Positions 33,887 to 43,371 of a stretch of DNA of 64,000 bases are shown piece after piece; positions within the stretch are counted from its first letter, which is position 1; each line of letters starts with the position of its first letter. A model generated the notes under the pieces. The model was not told where the DNA came from and made no database searches. It saw nothing but the letters and a program-made list of their open reading frames with translations. The position numbers were made by a program, and so were the translations under genes. Origin of the DNA: a bacterium (GTDB lineage: Bacteria; UBA8248; JACPRG01; G963555815); NCBI GenBank assembly GCA_965218795.1, contig OZ244653.1, positions 3,296,001-3,360,000 on the forward strand. The letters are read 5' to 3'.

Positions 33887-34948
33887 CTACAGATGCCCTG
33901 CCAGCCAGTCGGCTACAAGGGGACGATAACTCGTCGTCACGTTCTCGCAGACGTGGTTTCCGTTCTCATACATCCACAGATCTTTGGGCTCCGGTGCGGC
34001 CTCCACGATCCGTTCCGCCTGATCCGGAGGCGCGATCACGTCCAGCCGGCCGTGGACGATGAGCAGCGGGCACTGAATATTTTCCGCCACGCCGTCCAGG
34101 CTGATCTTCCTGGAGAACTCCCGGGCCTCCGCCTGAGACCCGGCGCCGCACAGGTTCTGAAAATCCTCCTTGATCAGCTCGATCATGGTCGTGTCCCAAA
34201 AACTCAGGTCGTAGAACCCGCCGACCCCCACGCACGCCTTGAACCGTTGATCACAGCCGGCCGCGCGCGGGGCCAGGTATCCCCCGAAACTGCGCCCGAA
34301 AACGCCGATGCGCTCGGGGTCGATCCCCGGGCGGGTGAGCAGGTAATCCACGGCCGCTGAAGTCGCCTTCTCGTAATCCGCCCGAAGCTTCAGGAAGTAC
34401 CAGGTCTCCCCCTGTCCCGGTCCGTCGAAGGAGAGGGTGGCCATCCCTCGCGCGAGGAGACGCTCGGAGAAGGAATGATACTCCTCCTTGGACGAATCCA
34501 TCCCGGGGACCAGGAGGACGCAGGGAGCAGGCCCTTCGCCTTGGGGGAGCCGAAAGTATGCGGGAAGCCGGACATTCTCGAAGGGGATCTCGACGCGCTC
34601 CCCCGGGGGCGACAGGTGCGGAAGGGCCTTGGTGTAGCTCGCCACGCGGCGCTCGTGGGCCCGGCGGCGCTGTTCGGGATCCCGGAAGAAGACCAGCTGG
34701 CCGTAGTGATAATAGAGAGACGCGCGGACCAGCGCCTCTGCGCCCGTGACCGCCCGGCCGCGCGCCAGCGCCTCCTCCGCCATTTCCTCATAGCGGCGGG
34801 CCTCCCGGCTCCATTCCTCACACCACTGGCTCCACTCCTTCACGCGCTCCGTGATGGCCGTCGCGTCGCAGTAATCGACCCCGTTCGCCAGGAAGCGGGG
34901 ATACCATTCCCGTACCGTCTGCCTCAGGATGACGCTTTCATCGATCAT
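33887..34948 (-). CDS. Alpha/beta hydrolase, 2,6-dihydroxypseudooxynicotine (DHPON) hydrolase-like
   Basis: PGMDSSKEE; RGMATLSFDGPGQGE; DYEKATSAVVD; nucleophile GRSFGG; GNHVC; start at MIDES 34948. Confidence 0.8.
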   Translation of the reverse strand: MIDESVILRQTVREWYPRFLANGVDYCDATAITERVKEWSQWCEEWSREARRYEEMAEEALARGRAVTGAEALVRASLYYHYGQLVFFRDPEQRRRAHERRVASYTKALPHLSPPGERVEIPFENVRLPAYFRLPQGEGPAPCVLLVPGMDSSKEEYHSFSERLLARGMATLSFDGPGQGETWYFLKLRADYEKATSAAVDYLLTRPGIDPERIGVFGRSFGGYLAPRAAGCDQRFKACVGVGGFYDLSFWDTTMIELIKEDFQNLCGAGSQAEAREFSRKISLDGVAENIQCPLLIVHGRLDVIAPPDQAERIVEAAPEPKDLWMYENGNHVCENVTTSYRPLVADWLAGHL

Positions 34949-35188
34949 GGGATCCTCGCTCGCGAAATGTCGGCTCACCGAATTCGGGTTCCCGTCATTG
35001 TATGGAGTTCCGACCCCCAATCAAGCTCAGGGGTCTGAATCGCCGCCGTCTCGAACCCATCTTGATACACGCCTGGGTCTCATGTAATCCTGTCAGTGAT
35101 TTTTACCTATCGCAATCTCTGTCTGAGGATTCCCGAAGTCCCGGACCGACTCCTCGGACGCGGATACAGACATTTGGAGGAAACGCCC

Positions 35189-36199
35189 ATGTTTCGCCAT
35201 CGACGCTTTCGCGGGTTGGCAAGTCTGGGTCTGCTGGTCTTCCTTGCGGCTTTTGCTTCCGCTGCTCACGCGGCGAAGTCCGTCAAGATTGGAATGTTTC
35301 CTTTCGGCCACACTCGAATGGTCGGTCAGTATCTCATCGACTCCGGAATCGCCAAGAAATGGGGCAGCAAGTACGGCACCGATTTGAAGATTTCGTTCCC
35401 CAACGATGACTTCGCCGCCTTCATGGGGAAATCCACGCAGGCCATCGCGCTCAGCAGCCTGGAGGCGGCGCGCCTGGTGGGCGACGAGAATCTCGACATC
35501 GTGATGTGGGGAAAGCTGAACACCTCCTTCCAGGAATTCTACGTGCGAACGGACTCGCCCTACAACAGCCCGGCAGACCTGAAGGGCAAGAAGATCGTCA
35601 TTGCAGGATGGGACACAGGCTCAGCGCAGATCGGGACGATCATCATGAAGCGGTTCTGGGGCCTCGACCTGAAGAACGACTTTCGGGTCCTGGTGGCGAG
35701 CTGGCCCGTCGGGCCGGCCCTGTTGGCCAAGGGCGACGTCGAGATGGCGCTGAACGAGATGCCCCTCACCCTCGACCTCATGGAGCAGAAAAAAATTCGT
35801 CCCATCCTGAGCACCTATGCCACCGAATGGGCGAAGCGCAGGGGAACGGGGCATTTGATCTCGATCAGTCTTTGGGCTTCGTTCGGGAAGTGGCTCAAGT
35901 CGAATGAGAAGGCCGCCCGCGCCCTGCTCGGCGCAACCCAGGAGGCTATGGATCATATTCACGCCAACACCCTGTCTTGGGCCCGCCGTTACCGCAAGTT
36001 CATCCATGATGATGCGACGGAGTCCCGCATCGCTACATTCGTGAAATGGTGGCAGAAGGTCCAGCCTTCCTACAAGAACGCTTACCTGGATGACAAATTC
36101 ATCCGGGAGGAAACGGAGTTCCTGAAGATGGCCGTCGAGGCCGGGTTCATCAAACCCGCGGGCCTGAAGGGCGGCATCTGGCGTGTTTTGAAACCCTGA
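35189..36199 (+). CDS. ABC-type substrate-binding protein (SsuA/TauA/NMT1-like), no adjacent permease
   Basis: GGAGG RBS; signal peptide ending AHA-A; DSPYNSPADLKGKKI; LAKGDVEMA. Confidence 0.8.
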   Translation: MFRHRRFRGLASLGLLVFLAAFASAAHAAKSVKIGMFPFGHTRMVGQYLIDSGIAKKWGSKYGTDLKISFPNDDFAAFMGKSTQAIALSSLEAARLVGDENLDIVMWGKLNTSFQEFYVRTDSPYNSPADLKGKKIVIAGWDTGSAQIGTIIMKRFWGLDLKNDFRVLVASWPVGPALLAKGDVEMALNEMPLTLDLMEQKKIRPILSTYATEWAKRRGTGHLISISLWASFGKWLKSNEKAARALLGATQEAMDHIHANTLSWARRYRKFIHDDATESRIATFVKWWQKVQPSYKNAYLDDKFIREETEFLKMAVEAGFIKPAGLKGGIWRVLKP

Positions 36200-36250
36200 G
36201 GGCCCTGAAGACAAGCCGCGCCCTCGGCAGCGATCCGCACCCGTCTTGGA

Positions 36251-36343
36251 CAGGAGGCGGCTTATCGTGAAATGGCGGCCAAACCCGGCTTCGTGAAGCC
36301 GAAGGCGGCGAAGGGAAGCATCTAGCGCATCATCAAGCCTTGA
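36251..36343 (+). pseudogene. 3' remnant of a paralogous substrate-binding protein gene
   Basis: QEAAYREMAAKPGFVKPKAAKGSI*RIIKP* aligns without gaps to the upstream protein's end EETEFLKMAVEAGFIKPAGLKGGIWRVLKP* (13/30 identical). Confidence 0.8.
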
Positions 36344-36346
36344 GAA

Positions 36347-36390
36347 GCAGGCCGGACCGGAGATCCGCAACACCGGTCCGGCCTGTTTTC
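36347..36390 (+). terminator. Probable intrinsic terminator
   Basis: Stem GCAGGCCGGACCGG / CCGGTCCGGCCTGT ending in a short T run, right after the remnant's stop. Confidence 0.65.
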
Positions 36391-36494
36391 AGAACCCATT
36401 TCGCCGAGCCCGAAGATTTTCGCCGAAAACCCGGCGGACCCCCATCGGTTCAAGCTCCCAATCCTTTGAGTGAACCGCAAACGGAGACCGTCCT

Positions 36495-37283
36495 TTGCCG
36501 AAATTTGCCGCTCATCTGTCGATGCTTTTTTCCGAGTTGGATTTTCTCGACCGGTTTCAGGCCGCGGCGGATGCGGGCTTCAGGGCCGTGGACCTCAAAT
36601 CGACGGAAGGCCACTCCGCCTTCAAGGTCAGGGAGAGGCTGGACAAAGCGAACCTGCAGCTTCTTTCCTTCGGCTTCGCGGGAACCGAGGCCTCCAACGC
36701 CGGGGCAGGCATCGCCATCCTGCCGGGCCGGGAAGCCGAATTTCGGGAAATCGTGGAGCGGGCCCTGGACGATGCAGGGATTCTCGGCTGTGGAATGGTC
36801 TTGAACCTGGCCGGCGTCGTCCCCCAGGGCGTCCGCCGCGAGTCATGCCTGGACACCTACGTCGAAAACCTCCGGTGGGCGGCGGCGAGAATGGCCGAAG
36901 GCGGCGTTCGGTTGCTCATCGAGCCTATCAACAAGAAATCCGTCCCCGGTTACTTCCTGACCGGAGTGCGGGACGCCCTGGAGGTGGTCGACCGGGCGGG
37001 CTCGGACAATCTCTTTCTCTGTTACGACCTCTATCACGCACACATGGACGGCGAGAATCCGGCTGAGGTTCTGCGGGGGCACATCGGCCGAATCGCCCAC
37101 GTCCACATCGCCGGGATCCCCGGAAGGAACGAGCCGAACGTGGGGACCGTCGACTATACGGCGTTGCTCAGCCTGCTGGACGAGATCCGCTACCGCGGCT
37201 GGGTCAGCGCGGAGTATCACCCGCGGACGGAGACGATAGAAGGATTGGGTTGGATTCAGGAGTTTCCGGCGTCATGCAGATAG
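36495..37283 (+). CDS. Hydroxypyruvate isomerase family (Hyi/OtnI-like)
   Basis: MPKFAAHLSMLF; LLIEPIN..SVPGYFL; YDLYH; HVHIAGIPGRNEP; VSAEY. Confidence 0.88.
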   Translation: MPKFAAHLSMLFSELDFLDRFQAAADAGFRAVDLKSTEGHSAFKVRERLDKANLQLLSFGFAGTEASNAGAGIAILPGREAEFREIVERALDDAGILGCGMVLNLAGVVPQGVRRESCLDTYVENLRWAAARMAEGGVRLLIEPINKKSVPGYFLTGVRDALEVVDRAGSDNLFLCYDLYHAHMDGENPAEVLRGHIGRIAHVHIAGIPGRNEPNVGTVDYTALLSLLDEIRYRGWVSAEYHPRTETIEGLGWIQEFPASCR

Positions 37284-37485
37284 TCCTTGAGCATTGCTTC
37301 GCGCCAAAGCCCGAATCCGAACCCGCCGCGTTCTTTCGATCAAAGTCCCGCATCCCGAATTCATAGCCGTGGCGCGCATCCCATTCGCCAACAAAATCCC
37401 TCATCGCGAAAAATGATACAGTACCTTCAGCAGAATGATCCGTTCACAAGCGGTATCGCCTTATCCGTCATGTGGAGGCCATCAC

Positions 37486-38541
37486 ATGGGCAGTCCATCC
37501 AAGGTCCGGGTCGGAATCGTTCTCCCTGAATCGTATTACGGAATTGAAGAGTGGCGGAATGCCGAGGCCGCCCTTCAATACGCCGATGAAGCCGCCGCCC
37601 AAGGGGTCGAGCTCCTTCTCTACCCCGAAGCGTATCCCGGTCCCGCCACCGGCCCCCTGGACAATCCGAAATATCCGTTCCGCTGCGCCGACAAAATCGC
37701 CGAAGCGGCCCGCCGCCACGGCATGTTCATCATCGCCGGTGACATCATCGAGAGCGAGGTTGAAGGCGCACACCGGCTGAGCCTCCGGATGTGGTCTCCC
37801 GAAGGCGGGGAGATCGCCTGCTACTTCCGCCAGCAGCCCGACACACCTGCGCTCAATGCCTATCTTTACGACGGCAAGGCGCACCTGCTGCCCGGGAACA
37901 AACCCTGTGTCGTGGATACGCCGTTCGGACGCGTGGGGCTGCAGATATGCAGCGAGCTGTTCGTCCCCGAGCTCGGCCGCCTTCAAATGCTGGAAGGCGC
38001 TGAGATCATCGTTTCGCCGGTTCACGGGCTCCACAACGAAAACGCCTTCGATCCGGATGCCCTCCGGGATACCTGGCGCTGCATCGGACGGTCCCGGGCG
38101 GCGGAAAACCTCCTATACGTATTGGTGACGCAGAATCTCTACAAGGAACAGGCTGTCGGATATCCCGAGCAGATGATGTCGGGAGCCTTCGCGGCGGGTC
38201 CGGAGGCGATGGTCGCCACCCTCGAATCGCCGGGCGTGCTGGTGACCGATCTGGACATGGATCGCCTCCGTTTCCTCCGCAGGCGGAATTACGATGAAAA
38301 GAATCTCTCCCAGGTCGACGAGCCCGTCCAAAAGCCCTTCGGCTGCCGGCCCGGACAACCCTATGAGAGATACCCCAGGCTGTACAGAAAACTGGCCGAG
38401 CCCAGCGCGTATTCATTCAATTATGATTACTGGCAAGACGGACTGGATACCTGGAAGGAAAGTTTCAAAAGGATCTACAAGGGCGACTACGACCGGATCG
38501 TGGCCAAGTCGGGCGGCTCTTTCCATTTCGAGAAGACCTGA
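37486..38541 (+). CDS. Carbon-nitrogen hydrolase (nitrilase superfamily), atypical triad
   Basis: LLLYPEAY; DTPFGRVGLQICSELFVPE; RSRAAEN; GGAGG RBS before ATG 37486. Confidence 0.82.
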   Translation: MGSPSKVRVGIVLPESYYGIEEWRNAEAALQYADEAAAQGVELLLYPEAYPGPATGPLDNPKYPFRCADKIAEAARRHGMFIIAGDIIESEVEGAHRLSLRMWSPEGGEIACYFRQQPDTPALNAYLYDGKAHLLPGNKPCVVDTPFGRVGLQICSELFVPELGRLQMLEGAEIIVSPVHGLHNENAFDPDALRDTWRCIGRSRAAENLLYVLVTQNLYKEQAVGYPEQMMSGAFAAGPEAMVATLESPGVLVTDLDMDRLRFLRRRNYDEKNLSQVDEPVQKPFGCRPGQPYERYPRLYRKLAEPSAYSFNYDYWQDGLDTWKESFKRIYKGDYDRIVAKSGGSFHFEKT

Positions 38542-38631
38542 TTCGAATCTCGTTGGGGCGGCCCCTGGGGAAGAGAGAAAGCCGTCCCGGCTGACGGGCA
38601 TCACTCCGAACGACCTTCAAGGGAAACACCG

Positions 38632-38997
38632 ATGGCCGAATTGTTCGCGGGCAACGTCGCCGAATTCGATGAAGGGGAGTGCAGGGTCATCGCGGGAGGG
38701 GGGCACGAAATCGGCGTGTATCGGCTCGGCGAAGAATTTATCGCCTATGAGAACCGCTGCCCCCACCAGGGGGGTCCGGTGTGCCAGGGCAAAATGATTC
38801 GGAAGGTGGAAGAGGATCTGGCCGACGACAAAACGAGCCGGGGCCTGAGATATTCCGGTGACCGCATCCACATCGTCTGTCCCTGGCACGGGTATGAATT
38901 CGATATGCGAACGGGCATTCACCCGGGAGGCGGCAGCGTCCGGTTGAGAGGATTCGACGTCGAAGTCCGGAGCGGCGAAGTCTACGTCCGGGTGTAA
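38632..38997 (+). CDS. Rieske [2Fe-2S] ferredoxin
   Basis: NRCPHQGG...VCPWHGYEFD. Confidence 0.95.
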   Translation: MAELFAGNVAEFDEGECRVIAGGGHEIGVYRLGEEFIAYENRCPHQGGPVCQGKMIRKVEEDLADDKTSRGLRYSGDRIHIVCPWHGYEFDMRTGIHPGGGSVRLRGFDVEVRSGEVYVRV

Positions 38998-39029
38998 CCC
39001 CAAACCGTTCCCTGACGGGAGAAGTCCCC

Positions 39030-40262
39030 ATGAAGTCCGAGACGGAGCAAATCCGCGAAATCCCGAAAATCGATACGGTGTCCGACACGCGAGAGATTCT
39101 GGCCCACGCCCGGGAACAGGCCAGGGAGCGCAATTATCAGGATTACGTCATCGTCGACGTGGACTCCCACCACTCCGAATCGGCAACGTGGAAGGAGGTT
39201 GTCGGGTTTATCGAGGACCCGGTCATCCGTTCCGAGGCCGAGGATTACCACAATCGGGTCGTCTCTCCCGCATACGGACTCAACGATCCCATCGCTTTCC
39301 AGCAGGAAGTGGGCGGGCGGATTGCCCATCAGAGCGGCTGGCAGGAACCCGTCGAGGGAACGGACGTCCCCCGGGACGTCGTCAAGGTCCGCCGGGCCAT
39401 GGAGAGCATGGGGATCGACTACATGATCGTCTTTCCCACGCGGATGCTCCACCTGGGGATGCACCCCCAGACCCGGCTGGAAGCCCTCCTGGCGCGGGCT
39501 TACAATCGCTGGCTGGTGGATCGGGTGCTGAAAGAGGACGAGCGAATCAAGTCGATGCTCTACCTGCCGTTCAGCGAGCCGGATGCAGCTCTCCGGATCA
39601 TCGAGGAGTTCACGGGAGAGCCCGGAGTCATCGGGTTCATGGTCACCAGCGTTCGGAACCGGCCGGCCCACCACAACCAGTACATCCCGATCTACGCCGC
39701 CCTCCAGGAGCGCGGAATGCCCCTCGCCTTCCACGGAGGCTACAGTTGGTACGAGCCTTCCGTGATGCAGCTTGACCGGTTCATCAGCATGCACTCGATG
39801 GCCTTCGTCCTCTGGAACCTGATGCACATGATCAACCTGGTCGTCAACGGCATTCCCGAACGGTTTCCGAACCTCAAGTTCCTCTGGATCGAGAGCGGCC
39901 TGGCCTGGGTGCCTTTCCTCATGCAGCGGCTGGACAACGAGTACATGATGCGCACGTCGGAAGCCCCCCTGCTTCAGCGGCGGCCGAGCGAGTACATCCG
40001 GGAAATGTTTTTCAGCTCCCAGCCGCTGGAGCGGACCAACCTCAAGGCGCTGGAGCTCACCTGCGAGATGATCCAAGCAGAAACCCAGCTTCTGTACGCA
40101 TCGGATTGGCCGCACTGGGACTTCGACCTGCCGAGCACGATCTTTGATCTGCCGTTCTTGAGCGAGCAGGCCAAGCGGAACATCCTGGGAGAATCGGCCC
40201 TGAAGCTGTTCAACCTGGAGCGTCCCAAGGGCAAGGCCATCCTGAATGATGACCGGACCTAG
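39030..40262 (+). CDS. Amidohydrolase_2-fold protein with dinuclear-oxygenase ligand set (AibH/PtmU3-like)
   Basis: DVDSH, AFHG, WIESG, SDWPHWDFD; 32 nt after the Rieske gene. Confidence 0.75.
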   Translation: MKSETEQIREIPKIDTVSDTREILAHAREQARERNYQDYVIVDVDSHHSESATWKEVVGFIEDPVIRSEAEDYHNRVVSPAYGLNDPIAFQQEVGGRIAHQSGWQEPVEGTDVPRDVVKVRRAMESMGIDYMIVFPTRMLHLGMHPQTRLEALLARAYNRWLVDRVLKEDERIKSMLYLPFSEPDAALRIIEEFTGEPGVIGFMVTSVRNRPAHHNQYIPIYAALQERGMPLAFHGGYSWYEPSVMQLDRFISMHSMAFVLWNLMHMINLVVNGIPERFPNLKFLWIESGLAWVPFLMQRLDNEYMMRTSEAPLLQRRPSEYIREMFFSSQPLERTNLKALELTCEMIQAETQLLYASDWPHWDFDLPSTIFDLPFLSEQAKRNILGESALKLFNLERPKGKAILNDDRT

Positions 40263-41179
40263 GAAACGCTCACCAGAACCCCTCCGCCCACCGTCAGCAT
40301 CGCCCCCAGAATCACTCTGGACGTCACGCGCTCCGCCCTTCGCAGGAAGAGAACCGACAGGGCAATCACGAAGATAGGCGAAGCCTGGGCCAGCGTGAAG
40401 ACGACCGACACCTGCCCCAGGCCGATGGAGAGGACCAGCCCATACATGGCGGCCGAGGCGCACACCCCCGCCGGGATCGCCCAGCGGAGGGCCGCGAGGC
40501 TGAATCGATACCGCTGTCCGGCGGGGAAGACCAGGGCGATGAGCGGGAAGAGCAACAAACCCTCCGTCGACCCGATCCAGACGCCCAGCAAGGCCGAGGG
40601 CATCTCCCCCATGCTCACTTTAAAAAGAATCGACGAGATCCCGCCCACAAGCCCCGCAAGAACGGGGAACAGATAATAGCGTCTGTAGGGAGGATTGCCC
40701 ATCGAGCGGACTTCACCCGATGACGAAGGGGAAAGTGGGGGTTGGCCCCGGCTCCACCCTTCGGTCGAGATCACCAGAATTCCCCCTACGACCATCGCTA
40801 TCCCCAGATACTGCGGCAGGGCCAGCCGCTCCCCCAAGATCCCGAAGGCGAAAACCACGGCAAAAATCGGGCCCGATCCCTTCAAGGGCGCGGACCGGGC
40901 GATCCCGATTCGTTGGATGCCGAGGAAATAAAAGACCATATGGAACACGGGATTCCCCAGGCCCGCCAGGGCAAACCACCCGGCTCCCGAAAGGTTCATC
41001 TCCGAAAATTTTCCGGTGAACAGAATGAATATCGTCAGGACCAGGCTTTGTATCAACAGCACCAACATGGCAACCGTGACGAGCGTCGCAAACTGCAGAC
41101 TGTTCCGCAGACTGATTTCCGTGACGGCAAAAGTGAGGGCCGTTCCGATGGCGATGGCAATGGCGTAAGAGGAGGTCAT
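40259..41179 (-). CDS. EamA/DMT family transporter
   Basis: About 10 TM helices; IGIARSAPL; LGERL; LRRAERVT. Confidence 0.9.
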   Translation of the reverse strand: MTSSYAIAIAIGTALTFAVTEISLRNSLQFATLVTVAMLVLLIQSLVLTIFILFTGKFSEMNLSGAGWFALAGLGNPVFHMVFYFLGIQRIGIARSAPLKGSGPIFAVVFAFGILGERLALPQYLGIAMVVGGILVISTEGWSRGQPPLSPSSSGEVRSMGNPPYRRYYLFPVLAGLVGGISSILFKVSMGEMPSALLGVWIGSTEGLLLFPLIALVFPAGQRYRFSLAALRWAIPAGVCASAAMYGLVLSIGLGQVSVVFTLAQASPIFVIALSVLFLRRAERVTSRVILGAMLTVGGGVLVSVS

Positions 41180-41261
41180 CTGGGAATCCGGTGAATGAAG
41201 CCGGTGGAACCTGTCCCGCGACCATGAGATCGGAAAGAAAACCCCGCGGCGATCAGCCGTC

Positions 41262-42200
41262 TCAATGTATCGTCACCAACAGACTTCCGATCACGGTCAT
41301 CAACCCTCCCACGACGACCTGTGCCGTCACCCGCTCCAGTTGACGGAGGAACAGCACCGTTAGCAACAGGACGAGCAGGGGGGAGGTCTGGTACAGCGTC
41401 GTCACGATGGATACCTGACCCAGCTGGATGGCGAGAAACAGTGAGTATATGGCCGTTGCAGCCGTCGAGCCGGCCAGGATCAGCCAGGGCCACGCGGGTC
41501 TCCGGATGCGAAACCGTTCCCCCGCCGGGAACATCAGAGCCAGGAATGGGTAAATGAGAACAGAGAGAGATGACCCAATCCAGGCGCCCAGGAGAGGAGA
41601 CGGCAAGGCCGTCAGTCCGAACTTGAACAGGATCGAGGAGATACCCGTCGATACCCCGGCCAGGATCGGAAACAGATACCCCAGTCTCCGGTATCTCTTT
41701 CCTTTCTCCGTTGAATCCGCGCCGGATGCCACCGGGTTCGGCGCGCCGGGATCTTCCCCCCGCGAATTTTTTCGAAGCCCTTCGGTCGCCATGACAAGGA
41801 GGCCCGCGACGGCCAGCGCAACCCCCAGGTATTGAAGGGCGGACAGCTTCTCTCCCAAGAAAATGAAAGCGAAGATGACCGTGACAATCGGCGAGCAGCT
41901 CTTGAGCGGGGCGGAGCGGGCCACGCCGATTCTGTGGATTCCGAGCATGTAGAAAAACAAGAAAAGAACCGGGTTCAGTACCCCTGCCGCGATGAGCCAG
42001 GGCAAGGCGGAACTGGACAGGTTCGTGAAGGTCCCCAAGGAAAAACAGATGACCGTGAAGATGCACCATTGCGTTCCGGCCGTTACGATGGTGGCCATTG
42101 TCGGGGATGTATGCTGAAGCGCCTTCTTCAAAACGACGTCGGCGATGGCAAAAAAGAGGGACGCCGAAAGCGCCGCCAGAATCGCATGGAGAGGAGTCAT
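41262..42200 (-). CDS. EamA/DMT family transporter
   Basis: IGVARSAPL; FLGEKL; LRQLERVT. Confidence 0.9.
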   Translation of the reverse strand: MTPLHAILAALSASLFFAIADVVLKKALQHTSPTMATIVTAGTQWCIFTVICFSLGTFTNLSSSALPWLIAAGVLNPVLFLFFYMLGIHRIGVARSAPLKSCSPIVTVIFAFIFLGEKLSALQYLGVALAVAGLLVMATEGLRKNSRGEDPGAPNPVASGADSTEKGKRYRRLGYLFPILAGVSTGISSILFKFGLTALPSPLLGAWIGSSLSVLIYPFLALMFPAGERFRIRRPAWPWLILAGSTAATAIYSLFLAIQLGQVSIVTTLYQTSPLLVLLLTVLFLRQLERVTAQVVVGGLMTVIGSLLVTIH

Positions 42201-42384
42201 CTCGATCTCATCAGAAAAAACGAACGGACGCCAAACCCTGTCTGCAGATCACGGCGTCGCCCTAAATGATACGTGATTCCCCTGATGGGCCTGAGACGGG
42301 CCGGGAGACGATCCGATAAAAAATTCACGATTCGGATCTTTCAAAATTCCTGATCGGGTCATCCGTTCGGAACATCGCGAGGAC

Positions 42385-43287
42385 TCATGCCACGCTCACC
42401 AGAACGCCGCCCAAGACCGTCAGCGCCGCGCCCGCCACGACCTTCCACGTCACTCGCTCGATATGCCGGAGAAACAGAACCGAGATGATCAGGACAAAAA
42501 GCGGCGAAGCCATGATCAGCGTGAAAACGATGGACACCCGCTCCAGGCTGATCGAATATAGCAATCCATAGAATGCCGCCGCATTGATCACCCCGCCGAT
42601 CAACATCCAGGGAACCGCTGCCCGGCTCATCTGAAACCGGTCTCCCGAGGGAAACAAGAACCCAGCCAGCGGGATAAGAAAAAGCGCCTCGGTGATACAG
42701 ATCCACGAGCCCAGCAAGGGGGAGGGCATCCGGATCAAGCTGACTTTGAACAAGACCGAAGCGACGCCGATCGCGGCCCCGGACAGAAGAGCGAAAACAA
42801 ACCCGACGGCCGGCAGCTTCCTGTCACCCAAACGAGCCTCGCGGGGTTCTCCGCCCTCTTTCATAAGCCCTTCGGCGGATATCGTTATCGCGCCGGCAAC
42901 CACCATACCGATTGCCGTGTACTGCACCGGAGTCAGCCGCTCGTCCAGCGCGGCGGCGGCGACAATGACCGAGAGAATCGGAGCGACCCCTTTCAGTGGC
43001 GAGGATCGCGAGACGCCGATCAGCCGAGCCGCGAGCAGATAGAAAACAAGATACAGAAACGGATTGAGAAAACCCGTCAGGAGAAACCAACCGACCCCGG
43101 ACCATGAAAAATCCGAGAACCCCTCCGTGACCAACAGAAGACTCGTATACAAGACCCACTGGAGGGCCACAACGAAAAAGCTGACGGCAAGGGGCGTTGC
43201 GGACCGCACGGCGAGCCGCATCACAACCTCGCCCACGGCGGTCAGCAGGGCGGTCAGGACGGCGGCCAGCGCCGCAATCAGAAGCAT
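42385..43287 (-). CDS. EamA/DMT family transporter
   Basis: IGVSRSSPL; LDERL; LRHIERVT; start moved to MLLIAA. Confidence 0.9.
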   Translation of the reverse strand: MLLIAALAAVLTALLTAVGEVVMRLAVRSATPLAVSFFVVALQWVLYTSLLLVTEGFSDFSWSGVGWFLLTGFLNPFLYLVFYLLAARLIGVSRSSPLKGVAPILSVIVAAAALDERLTPVQYTAIGMVVAGAITISAEGLMKEGGEPREARLGDRKLPAVGFVFALLSGAAIGVASVLFKVSLIRMPSPLLGSWICITEALFLIPLAGFLFPSGDRFQMSRAAVPWMLIGGVINAAAFYGLLYSISLERVSIVFTLIMASPLFVLIISVLFLRHIERVTWKVVAGAALTVLGGVLVSVA

Positions 43288-43371
43288 ACAGTTTCCAAAC
43301 GGGGCCTGAGATAAGCTCTGGGCGGCACGCGATGGGAAAGCTTCCCACCTCTGCCGCATGAGCGTCGGGCG

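Noticed and set aside
36323-36325. In-frame TAG at a Trp position as stop-codon recoding
   Set aside because: It lies in a start-less fragment and TAG ends normal genes here (rpsG, rplA, nusG); a TGG>TAG mutation is simpler
37204-37404. 66-aa minus-strand ORF with MRDF occurring twice
   Set aside because: Overlaps the hyi-like gene end, no family motif, and the repeat is too short to be meaningful
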